Origin: Perna viridis
Lineage: Eukaryota
DNA length: 64,000 nt
Reading direction: 5' to 3'
Assembly (NCBI GenBank): GCA_037379345.1
Contig: CM074516.1
Coordinates: forward strand, 46,165,626 to 46,229,625
The position numbers and the translations under genes were made by a program. The notes under the pieces were generated by a model. The model saw only the letters and a program-made list of their open reading frames with translations. It was not told the DNA's origin and did not search any database. Every line of letters starts with the position of its first letter. Position 1 is the stretch's first letter. Below, piece after piece: positions 15,001 through 24,301 of this stretch.

Positions 15001-15218
15001 GGGAACCAGTACGACGACAGGAAGTCATGGCTGTTCAGAACACCCTCAGACCTGTAAGGCCACCACCTTATAAAAGTATTGTACGTCCAACAGAGGAAGA
15101 TTTGATGTCTGGTCAGAATTCTTTTAGGCACTCTCGACCTCCAGCTTACTCTGGTATCCTGCCTCACACACAGGACCAGTTAATGTCGGGTCGATCCTCA
15201 CTTAAACCATACTATTAG
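1..15218 (+). CDS. SPAG17: Sperm-associated antigen 17 / PF6-like central-pair protein, 3' portion (5' end lies upstream of the window)
   Basis: Phase-consistent GT-AG exon chain: 1-160, 799-989, 1797-1919, 2336-2447, 2638-2805, 3212-3379, 3662-3792, 4132-4264, 4593-4771, 4945-5080, 6366-6556, 6738-6879, 7284-8154, 8372-8535, 9089-9294, 9572-9710, 10711-10812, 11065-11211, 11479-11586, 12752-12897, 13814-14074, 14712-15218. Recognisable SPAG17 motifs: FTGYDVGNKLIHVSG..LFPSDGGQI, LYVTCPDGL, SRVITSEGTVIKNMVDGSVEVLYADG, TTIVEHADGTRITT, HAPRFFIVHADGSGTELMRY, and a C-terminal PapD/ASH-like domain (DFGVLKEGNTY..LKNTGVESCRF..YKPGPIAAGM). Confidence 0.9.
338..720 (+). mobile_element. Non-autonomous dispersed element with a ~180-bp foldback, copy 1
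   Basis: Inverted arms aataagtaggataattaattgg / ccaattgattatcctatttatt and gtgaataaccaaaatattatcac / gtgatcatattttggttattcac; reverse-complement homolog at 33395-33752. Confidence 0.7.
1385..1612 (+). repeat. Fragment resembling bivalve Helentron/HINE-associated satellite-like repeats
   Basis: Motifs ggagttattg, tcttttcctctgaaactac, ttcaatgaaacttggtagg and aaacatggcc resemble, from memory, these mollusc repeats; not confirmed by a search. Confidence 0.4.
7284..8154 (+). CDS. SPAG17: Largest SPAG17-like internal exon (871 bp)
   Basis: ttgcag|GT acceptor and CA|gtaagt donor; overlaps ORF 7322-8158; contains HAPRFFIVHADGSGTELMRYQD. Confidence 0.9.
9677..9965 (+). repeat. Tandem ~50-58-bp repeat of exon end + 5' splice site
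   Basis: About 5 copies of actagtgcacatcctgctaggt|gtaagt..; GT positions 9711, 9761, 9819, 9870, 9916. Confidence 0.9.
10423..10585. mobile_element. Palindromic MITE-like element
   Basis: gaaataaatcatggaaactccatactatcattg is a near-perfect inverted repeat of caatgataaaataggagtgtccatgatttatttc. Confidence 0.65.
12870..13512 (+). repeat. 39-bp tandem repeat of exon end + 5' splice site (~16.5 copies)
   Basis: Unit AAAACCTGGGGCTATACTTAACACTAGG|GTATGTCACAT; the first copy is the real end of exon 12752-12897. Confidence 0.95.
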
Positions 15219-15844
15219 GTTTTGGTGGTAAGTGGGTGTAGATTTTTTGCTGGTGCTACAGTGATGTCTGTAAATATGTTGTTGGTGTTGGAAATAATAA
15301 GTTGCTAGTATTTTTTGTTATAAGCTACAGTTAATACATATGCAATGGTGCATTAGTTCCATGCATGAATTCTGTACAAGAGCTTAAACTGTTAATATTT
15401 GCCAGATTTGTTTTTTGTTTTTTTTTGTTTTTTTTGTTTGTTTTGGTTTCCTAACCATATACACTAGTTGATATATAATGTGGTGACTTGAATTCCATTG
15501 CCATTCTTATGTCTGTTGTTCAGTATATCAGTAACTTATTAAGGGAATGCCATGCTTCTTGTTTGGTGCTATAGATTTGAAAATAGATTTGCTATAGAAC
15601 ACATGCATTTTTTTGTTCAAGATCTTTATTTATAACTATTTTCATCTTTATTTGTTAAGTGTAGAAATTTTAGATGTCTTTATTAAATAACATAATATTA
15701 AAAAAAATAAGAAAAAAAAGCAAATTGCAGATTGATTGTAATTTTTACAGTACTTCATCCTTACAACATTACTATGTAAGATGAGAGACTTTTCTGATAC
15801 ATTGTATTTGTTATGGTATATAGTTTTTGTTCTTCCATTTTCAG

Positions 15845-15855
15845 GCACAGTGTAG
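15845..15855 (+). CDS. SPAG17: Candidate alternative terminal coding exon of the SPAG17-like gene (..SG-T-V-stop)
   Basis: Internal phase-1 donor TCAG|gtaggg at 14997/14998. A strong pyrimidine-rich acceptor (tttttgttcttccattttcag|GC ACA GTG TAG) at 15844/15845 gives an in-frame stop. Confidence 0.55.
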
Positions 15856-17334
15856 TAAAAGAAATAGAGTGTCTGTTACATGTGATACTAGAAGATAATT
15901 TCAGTCCAAGTTGCCTTGGGACTGTGATATTGAGCTGTCCAGAGTGATTTATTAATTGTGATGCGGTCCATCTATTTTATATGATTGTGATTAGTAATTC
16001 TGTGATATGAAACTATTTACACATTTAATATATTGTAAAAGTACTGAATTTTTATGTGATTGTTTGATGTAAATTTTCATCGAGATTTTTTTCGGCATTT
16101 GTTACCTACTTTTTAGATTTATTGAAAAAAGGGTGGAAATTTACATCACAACTTTTGCTGGATTTATTAAATTATCATGTCTAAAAGTATTGTTTGTTTT
16201 TTTCTATGCACCCTGTAGCAAATTATAATATGGCTATTTTTAGGCAAAAAGATTCTAATTTAAGCAGATGTTATAAATATATAGATAGATTTATTCAGAC
16301 ATCAAGTATGTACTTTACAACATAATATGAATACAATAAAATATTAACAGTAACATCATAAAACTTAAAACCAGTTACAAAATCCTTATCATATAAAGAC
16401 ATGACTTGATAGATAAAGTTAAAATAGCTTATTTCCAATGGGGTCCCTTGTTTAAAAATACAAAAAGGAAAATATAATAATTGATAAATGAATATCAGGT
16501 TATATATACATATAATAATTGTAGTTGTAGTTGCAACAATATTTTGCAAAGAGTCACATAAATCTAATACATTACAGAATCACTATTTTCTCTGTTTTTG
16601 GTTTCTTCATGTAAAAAATGTCTTTACTGCTGATTTAAATGGAGATTTGTTGGTAATATTCTCTATTGTTAGGCCAAATATAAAATTCCTGTTACATGTC
16701 TGAAAAAGAAATGGGTCAGTAGGTCAGGATTTTTTATTGTATTTTATTTACTTATTTTTTCCCAAATTTCACTCACAGAAATCATCTTATTAACCACCTG
16801 GATTGTGGAAATCGAAAATTGATTACCATCTGTAAAATGTGGGGACTTTTGGTGGTACTTTTTATTGTTTGTTAACCTGAAAATAAGTCTGTCAAGGCAC
16901 GAGTTCTTCAGGTAAAGGGTAACTTAGGTACAATTTTATTTGGCCTTAATGGTAAGCCATTCCAGTCATGTATAGCATTATAAGAAAAACTTGTTTGGAG
17001 TTTTTAGAACGGAATAATTAAAATTTGAAGCATTTCTTGTATTATTGTTATTCAAACTTGCACAGAGATATTCAGAAGCTTTTCCATGAAAAATATTAAA
17101 TACATGATTATTTTTAAGTTGGATGACTCTGTTACATACAATATGTTTATTTTTTCTAAAATCTAGATTTCTTGCACCAATATATAATATTTGATACAAT
17201 TTGTACACAGTTTAAGTATTTATCTATATATACCAGTACACCAAGAGATTTAACAAAATTAGTTGAATCAATAACATGATTATAACAATTAATAACCCAA
17301 AATTGGCACCCTGCAAAAAGTGTTTACATAGCAA

Positions 17335-17678
17335 ATCAAGCTATCAGTAGGCTTTTGTTATACATTGGTCTATCAATCAGTAGAAAATATATAATGCATT
17401 GGTCAAGTAATCAGTAGGCAATATGTAATACATTGATCAAGTAATCAGTAGGCAATATGTAATACATTGGTCAAGTGATCAGTAGGCAATATATAATATA
17501 TTGGTCAAGCAGTCAATAGGCAATATGTAATACATTGGTTAAGTAATCGGTAGGCAATATATAATACATTGGTCAATCAACCAGTAGGAAATATGTAATA
17601 CATTGGTCAAGTGATCAGTAGGCAATATGTAATACATTGGTCAAGCAATCAGTAGGCAATATATAATACATTGGTCAA
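17335..17678. repeat. 34-bp minisatellite array, segment 1 (TAATCAGTAGGCAATATGTAATACATTGGTCAAG)
   Basis: About 10 tandem copies visible directly. Confidence 0.95.
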
Positions 17679-19345
17679 GAGTAATCAGAGAACCAAGGTT
17701 ATAGCGGTAATCAAAAGAATGCAATCCAGGGACAAAGACCAGACATGGAAAACAGACATACACAACAAAGATCATAAAGTAACTAAAATCATACACACAA
17801 AGTAACAAAAGCAAATGAGCAGCTAGGACTCCACTAAAAACTGGGAGCATGGACCAGGTGCAGCGGTAGGGTAAGCATCCCCTGCTTTTCTAGAAACACT
17901 TGCCGAGTTGCTCATAAAAAGTCAAGTCCAGGGTAGACAAACGAGGAAAGGAAAACTATGACCCATTGAATAAATCAGTTTTCATGGTGCTGATGGATAC
18001 ACCATGATCCACGAGTTCATGATGACGACGATAAAACTTCTGTAGTGATGACTTTAATCTTGTAGCAACATAACCCTGTTCTAGAAGACTATTTGTTAAG
18101 AGTTCTAACACGATACAAAAAGTCTGTATAGTTTCGGCAAGCTCTGGCATAACGTATGAGTTGTGATATGAACACTCCATACGCAGGTGCTGAAGGGATG
18201 TTGCCACAGATGAAAGGAAAGTTGACAATTTTGAATGAAAAGTCGTCACGTTTGTCGTAAAGTTTGGTCAATAGTTTTCCTTTACCATCGATTTCTAAGT
18301 GTAGGTCAAGATATGAGGCTTCACAGTGTCTGTAGTATCCTTTATCTCAAGTTCTTTTGGGTAGATGCGATGTATCAAATCCACGAAATTTGGATTGTTT
18401 AAAGATAGTACATCATCTATATAGCGGAAACTGAGATTGAAGGATCTAGCCAAACGATATATTTTCTTTCGGATCAGATCAGCTATGAAGTCAGCCTCAT
18501 AAGAGTCAAGGAGTAGGTCAGCAAGTAAATGAGCACAATTTGTTCCCATTGGAATGCCGACCGTTTGTTGAAAAACACGTCCACCACATTGGACAAATAT
18601 GTTGTCCATTAAAAATTCCAGCATTTTGTAAACATCTTCCTCTGTATATTTGGAAGATGATTTGAAATTATTTCTTACAAAGTATGAGGAATCTCTGCCA
18701 AGAACTATATATTTGTATCTAGGTGTACCATCTTTTTTGGAAAAACAACGATGTATAATGTTTTTAAGTCGGGATTTTAACTGAGTATGGGGAATAGAAG
18801 TATATAGTGTTGAAAAATCATAGGTTTAAAAGCCATTATATTAAGATAATAGTCTTGAACTGATTGTCTCCAAAAGATCTTTCGAATTTTTCGGGATCCA
18901 CATTGAATTAATACCACTACAGGAGTAACAAGTGTTGTGGTAGGACTGCATGCCCTCTTTGACAGTTGTGAGTATAGAAGTTAAATGTTTTGAAAGAGGT
19001 TTGGTGGTACATTTTGCAGATCCAGCTATGAAATGTTGTTTGTATGGATTCTTGTGAAGTTTAGGAATCCAGTACATAGACGGTAAATCACAGTCATCGT
19101 CCCTGGTAGAGAGACCAAAAGAGGATAGTACAGATTTATGGTTTTCCACAATCTCTTCTTTGGAGAGAGTGGTAGCAGTATAGGTCTTGTCACTGCTATT
19201 ATTTTCTACGTCTACCTCTGATAATAAACATTGGATATAAAACGTTTCGCAGACAAAAACGATGTTGTTTCTGGCTTTGTCTGCTGGTACGACAACATAT
19301 TTGTCATGTATAGTAGACAATGTTTTTGCTACATCGGGGTCAAAT
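17679..19345 (-). mobile_element. 5'-truncated, frameshifted Penelope-like retroelement (RT + thumb + 3' tail; no C-terminal GIY-YIG visible)
   Basis: Consecutive minus-strand fragments: VVVPADKA..SMYWIPKLHKNPYKQHFIAGS; YDFSTLYTSIPH; QTVGIPMGTNCA..FRYIDDVLSLNN; KLYDKRDDFSFKIVNFP..YGVFISQLIRYARAC; KFYRRHHELVD. A ~280-bp non-coding tail follows at 17679-17955. Confidence 0.85.
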
Positions 19346-19660
19346 ATGTTATACATTGGTCAAATGATCAGTCAGCAATATATAATACATTGGTCAAATG
19401 CTCAGTCAGCAATATATAATACATTGGTCAAATGATCGGTCAGCAATATATAATACATTGCTCAAGCAATCAGTAGGCAGTATGTTATACATTGGTCAAG
19501 AGGTCAGTAGGCAATACATAATACATTGGTCAAGAGGTCAGTAGGCAATATATAATACATTGGTCAAGAGATCAGTAGGTAATATGTCGTACATTGGTGA
19601 AGAGGTCAGTAGGTAATATGTAATACATTGGTCAAGAGACCAGTAGATAATATGTAATAC
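19345..19660. repeat. 34-bp minisatellite array, segment 2
   Basis: Same unit resumes immediately after the Penelope-like element, about 9 copies. Confidence 0.95.
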
Positions 19661-19669
19661 TTTTTTTTC

Positions 19670-20505
19670 AGTAATATGGCAGGTTTTTCATGGCAGAGAG
19701 TAAATAAAGTCTCTTTTTAAAAAACATCCACACTCACTGTAGTGTCCCGCGTAGCATTTGGCAAAGCGTTCCATTGAAAGGCAGCAAGTCTATCAAATCG
19801 TCTTTCACCGTATGACTTTGTTCGGGTAGTTGATGTTTCTAACAAAGATTGAGATCCCGATCTCAAAGATCTATAGATTTTAATCAGTTCTTGGATGTAA
19901 AACGGAGCTTTGCTTGTAAGAGCTTTGAAAACGTACAGCAACAACTTGAATTGACAACGGTAAGAGACGGGGAGCCAATGGAGAGATTTCAGCACTGGGG
20001 TAATATGACCTAATTTCCTTTTCCTTAATATATCTAGCGGCGGGATTTTGAATTCGCTGTAGCCTTTGAATTTCACCACTTCGGAGTCCATATAAAAGTA
20101 CATTCCCGTAATCAAGTCTTGATATTATCATCAAGCAAACAGGACTTTTACATGCGTCTTCTGTGATGTAACGACGAATAAGGCCAATATTGCGAATCTG
20201 ATGAAAGCAAGATTTTGATATTGCACTGATCTGTTTTGTCATCGAGAGTGTTTTGTCAAAGTAGACTCCTAAGTTCTTAACATAATCAGTATTACTTACG
20301 ATGTAAGTAAAACGAAGACTACAGTTCGAGAGGTCTTTGGCTTTATGTTTTGGTGCGAAAATAATCAGTTCGGTCTTATCTTCATTCAGCTTTAGCATAT
20401 TACTACACACCCAGAAGCTTATATCGGAAAGGCAAGATTCAAGTCGCTCAGATATCTTGTTCCAGTTATCTAGCGGTTGTACAACTAGATATACTTGCGT
20501 ATATA
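19670..20505 (-). mobile_element. L2/CR1-clade LINE reverse transcriptase C-terminal fragment (degenerate)
   Basis: NMLKLNEDKTELI, VKNLGVYFD, SRLDYGN.LLYGL, LQRIQN.AAR, HITPVLKSLHWLPV, WNALP; frameshifted across ORFs 19880-20410 and 19717-20115. Confidence 0.85.
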
Positions 20506-21410
20506 AGTTCTTCTTGGCATGTGGTGTTAAATGTGGATTTTAGTCTTTCGAATTGTCTTCTGCGCCTCTTCCTTATGTTATACTTTCGCCTTCTAATCTG
20601 ATCTTGTCTGGTTGGCACGGATATCTTGATCTTCAATTTAGCCAAGTTGATGATCGGATGCTATATCAGCATCTCGATAAGCTCAAACTGCTGTCATGTT
20701 TTTTCACCATCTCCTGGTGACTGTAATGTGGTCTATCAGATTTCTAGTTTTCATCTCTGGAGACATCGGGCTGTTTTATGTATATGCTTGTGAGGGAGTT
20801 GGAATGTCGTGCCTCCTAGGACCAGATCGTTCTGGGAGCAAAAATCTGCCTTCTGAGTTCTCCATTATCGTTGATGTTACCAATTCATTACTTCCCCGTG
20901 ATGTGTTCTCTCCCTGTGTTATCTTTTCAAACTTTGGCATTCATTTCACCTATTACAATCGAGATGCCCCAAGTGTTGTTCTTGGGTAGCTTGGAGCTGG
21001 TTGTAAAACTCTTTTTTGTCTTCTTCCTCTGCTACGTTGGTAGGAGCGTAACATTGAATGACTGTTACTTTTTGTATCTTTGACATAAATCTTGCCACGA
21101 TAAATCTTTCACTAACAGAATTCCATTCGATGAATGGTGATTTGGCCTTCATGTTGAGTGAGATTTCTACTCCATGTTGATGGTTGCCATCCTCGTTTTG
21201 TTGTCCAGAGTACGTACAGTCGAGTTAGTATTGAAGGTAGTATGACCGCTCATGATGATGTCTATCTAACTTCGTCCAAAAATATCAAGGTTGTAGCGCT
21301 CCATTTCTATTGCAGCCTGAGCAGCTTTTCCGGTGTCGTATTGTGTCTCCATGCTCCAGCTTGCAATCATCGAGGTAGTCTTACGGGATAAAAGTTTCAT
21401 CGGCGAATGA
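20505..21410 (-). mobile_element. RTE-clade LINE APE endonuclease fragment (degenerate)
   Basis: EMERYNLDI.G.S, IEWNSVSERFIVARF, VIQCYAPTN.AEEEDKKEFYNQLQ; downstream NLIDHI and DADIASDH motifs are readable in broken frames. Confidence 0.8.
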
Positions 21411-21829
21411 GAAATTATAGTTAAGTGAAATCGAATGTATTTTGTAATACATTTACACATATCACAAGTATATTTCAGGAATGCTGCATTGGTTTCAGAT
21501 CATATAGTGAAAATATTAATTAGTTTCGTAATTAAATGTATTATGTAAAAGATGCATATATAAAGAACGGTATATACATGTGATGTATTATCTTCAACAG
21601 ATATAAAGTGCTATGGAGTAATATTTACAGTTTAATTTTTTCTTTCTTTTTTTCTACCTAAACTTTTTCTCATGAAAAATAGAATACAACATTTTTTTTC
21701 ATCATTAAGCAACTTCATTTATATTTTTTTCTTGTCACAGCAAATTTTTTTCTTTTATTTTTCTTTAAATTAATATATTTTGTTTTCAAAAACATCCAAG
21801 CCCCCCCTCAATATGAAAATGGTCGTTGC

Positions 21830-22620
21830 CTAATCAGTAGGTAATATGTAATACATTGGTCAAGCTGTCAGTAGGCAATATATAGAACATTGATCAAATA
21901 ATCAGTAGGCAATATGTAATACATTGGTCAAGTAATCAGTAGACAATATGCAATAAATTGATCAAGTATTCAAAAGGCAATATGTAATACATTGGTCAAT
22001 TGATCAGTAGGTAATATGCAATACATTGGTAAAGCAATCAGTGGGCAGTATGTATTTCTTTTGTCCAGTAATCAGCAGGCAGTATGTAATATATCATGCC
22101 TTTCATTAAGAGGTGGTACCAGGTACTCTTACCCTTCTAAGCTACCGGAAGGTTCCTCCAGAATTTCAAAATTTCATAAAATTTTAAAAAAGAGAATGAT
22201 GAAAAGGAACCCCTCACAAAATAGGTACCTTAATTGCAAAACATTAATTAAAGTCCTGAATACATTGATCAAGTAATCATTAATCAGTAGGCAAAGTATA
22301 ATACATTTGTCAAGGAGTCAGTAGGCAATTTATATTTTAAAAATTGGTCAAGTAAACCGTTTGCGATAGGTAATACATTGGTCAGCCAATCATTGGGCAA
22401 TATTTAACTCTGGACAAGCAATCAGTATCATATCCTACTGGTCAAGTAATCAGAAGGCAATATGTAATACACTGGTCAGTCAATCACTAGGCAATATGTA
22501 ATACACTGGTCAGTCAATCACTAGGCAATATGTAATACACTGGTCAGTCAATCACTAGGCAATATGTAAGTGTTGAAGCAATCAGTAGACAATATTAAAC
22601 ACTGGTCAGGCAATCACTGT
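21830..22620. repeat. 34-bp minisatellite array, segments 3-4 (interrupted at ~22100-22257)
   Basis: Same unit, more diverged; includes the variant caatcactaggcaatatgtaatacactggtcagt x3. Confidence 0.9.
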
Positions 22621-22873
22621 ACATTGTTAATATGTGCATTCATTGATATTTACATTAAGCAATATGTAACAAAGGGCAATCACAATTTGTAACGTAAATG
22701 TTTAGCCCAGAACAAGCAACAGTCGAAAACTGTAAGTGCCACACAAGGCAAGCATTGATAGTATTATATTCAGGGCAAGAAATTACAGTTGATAGTTAAG
22801 CAAATAAGACAATCAATGACAGTAACAACAGGCAATACAATATATACCATTCACAGTCATAGGTCGTATGCAC

Positions 22874-23140
22874 TTTATAACAAAAAGGGCATGCTTAAAG
22901 AACTAGCAGAATGTTACCTTTATAACAGGGCCAAGCTTTAAGAAATAATAGAATGTTACCTTTATAACAAAAGGGGCAAGCTTACAGAAATATCAGAATG
23001 TTACCTTTATAACGAAAGGGGCAAGCTTTAAGAAATAGCAGAATGTTACCTTTATAACAAAAGGGGCAAGCTTACAGAAATAGCAGAATGTTACCTTTAT
23101 AACAAAAGGGGCAAGCTTACAGAAATAGCAGAATTTTACC
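22874..23140. repeat. 45-bp tandem repeat (~6 copies)
   Basis: Unit TTTATAACAAAAGGGGCAAGCTTACAGAAATAGCAGAATGTTACC. Confidence 0.92.
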
Positions 23141-23902
23141 CATTGGGCAAGCAATGAAAGTACATGTAGTTAATATGTTCCACTCACGACAGACTGTTAC
23201 CATTCACACATAAGACTAGTTTTGTAGATATGTAAAACACATGTCAACTTATAACATCATTACACAATGTGGTACACTGAACAAAAACAGCAAAATATTT
23301 AACTGACTGCACACAGCATGATGTTGCGCTAAGACCCTTTGAAGTTTTTTTTTTTCAAGTACTTTACGGTGAAAAGTTAAAATCGTCCGCAGAACTCCTA
23401 ACGCATTATAAAAACATTTAAAAAAAATATATTAGAATATTCTTTGTTATATTAAAGTATAATTGTATTAGGATATATGGTATTCGAGCTTAAGTACATT
23501 GTACGTCACCGTTCAACTTGGGTTTTTAAAGATAATTTTAACATAAATTTGATGTATCCAAGGTAATATCTTATTATACTTTTAGGTTTTAGGTTTTTTT
23601 TTATCAACATCTATAATTCATTTTAAAGTTGAAAATGAATTTTATGTGGTAAGAAGTACTAACCACTTGAGCTGTATCCCGCTTAATCAAATCGTCGGTG
23701 TTCTCTAAAAGGTAAATAGAGTTAAGCATCAGCAACTAAAACTGACACAATGAAGTTACTAGTATTTAAAATAGGAAATTTTAACCAAGTTGAATATATA
23801 AACTAAAACTTTTTATTATATACGACAGGCGTGTCTTCCGTTTGTCAATAGATGTACATTTTATATATAACTGTAAAATGTATAATACATGTATTTGAAC
23901 GC

Positions 23903-24301
23903 CGTGAAGCCTCCATGTAACAGGGGTTTACAGATATAACTACTGTCTCAAACGTGAAGCCTCCATGTAGCAGGGGTGTACAGATATAACTACTATCTCA
24001 CTATTGTTATCAACTATATTTCACGTGATTGATATTATCTCTTCAAATCCTTAGATAAAAATATTTATACATTGTCAATAAATAGCAGGGATGTACTGAG
24101 ATAAAACTACTGCCTCCAACGTGAAGCCTCCATGTAGCAGGGGTGTACAGATATAACTACTGCCTCCAACGTGAAGCCTCCATGTAGCAGAGGTGTACAG
24201 ATATAACTACTATCTCACTATTGTTATCAACTATATTTCACGTGATTGATATTATCTCTTCAAATCCTTAGATAAAAATATTTATACATTGTCAATAAAT
24301 A
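23903..24301 (+). repeat. Nested direct duplication (50-bp units within a 217-bp period) upstream of the TMEM135-like ATG
   Basis: cgtgaagcctccatgtagcaggggtgtacagatataactact at 23903, 23953, 24120 and 24170; 23953-24083 is nearly identical to 24170-24300. Confidence 0.92.
24021..24245. promoter_or_regulatory. Two TCACGTGA E-box sites (24021-24028, 24238-24245) produced by the upstream duplication
   Basis: Palindromic bHLH-ZIP site in both copies of the 217-bp unit, 56 and 273 bp before the ATG; function inferred only. Confidence 0.3.
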
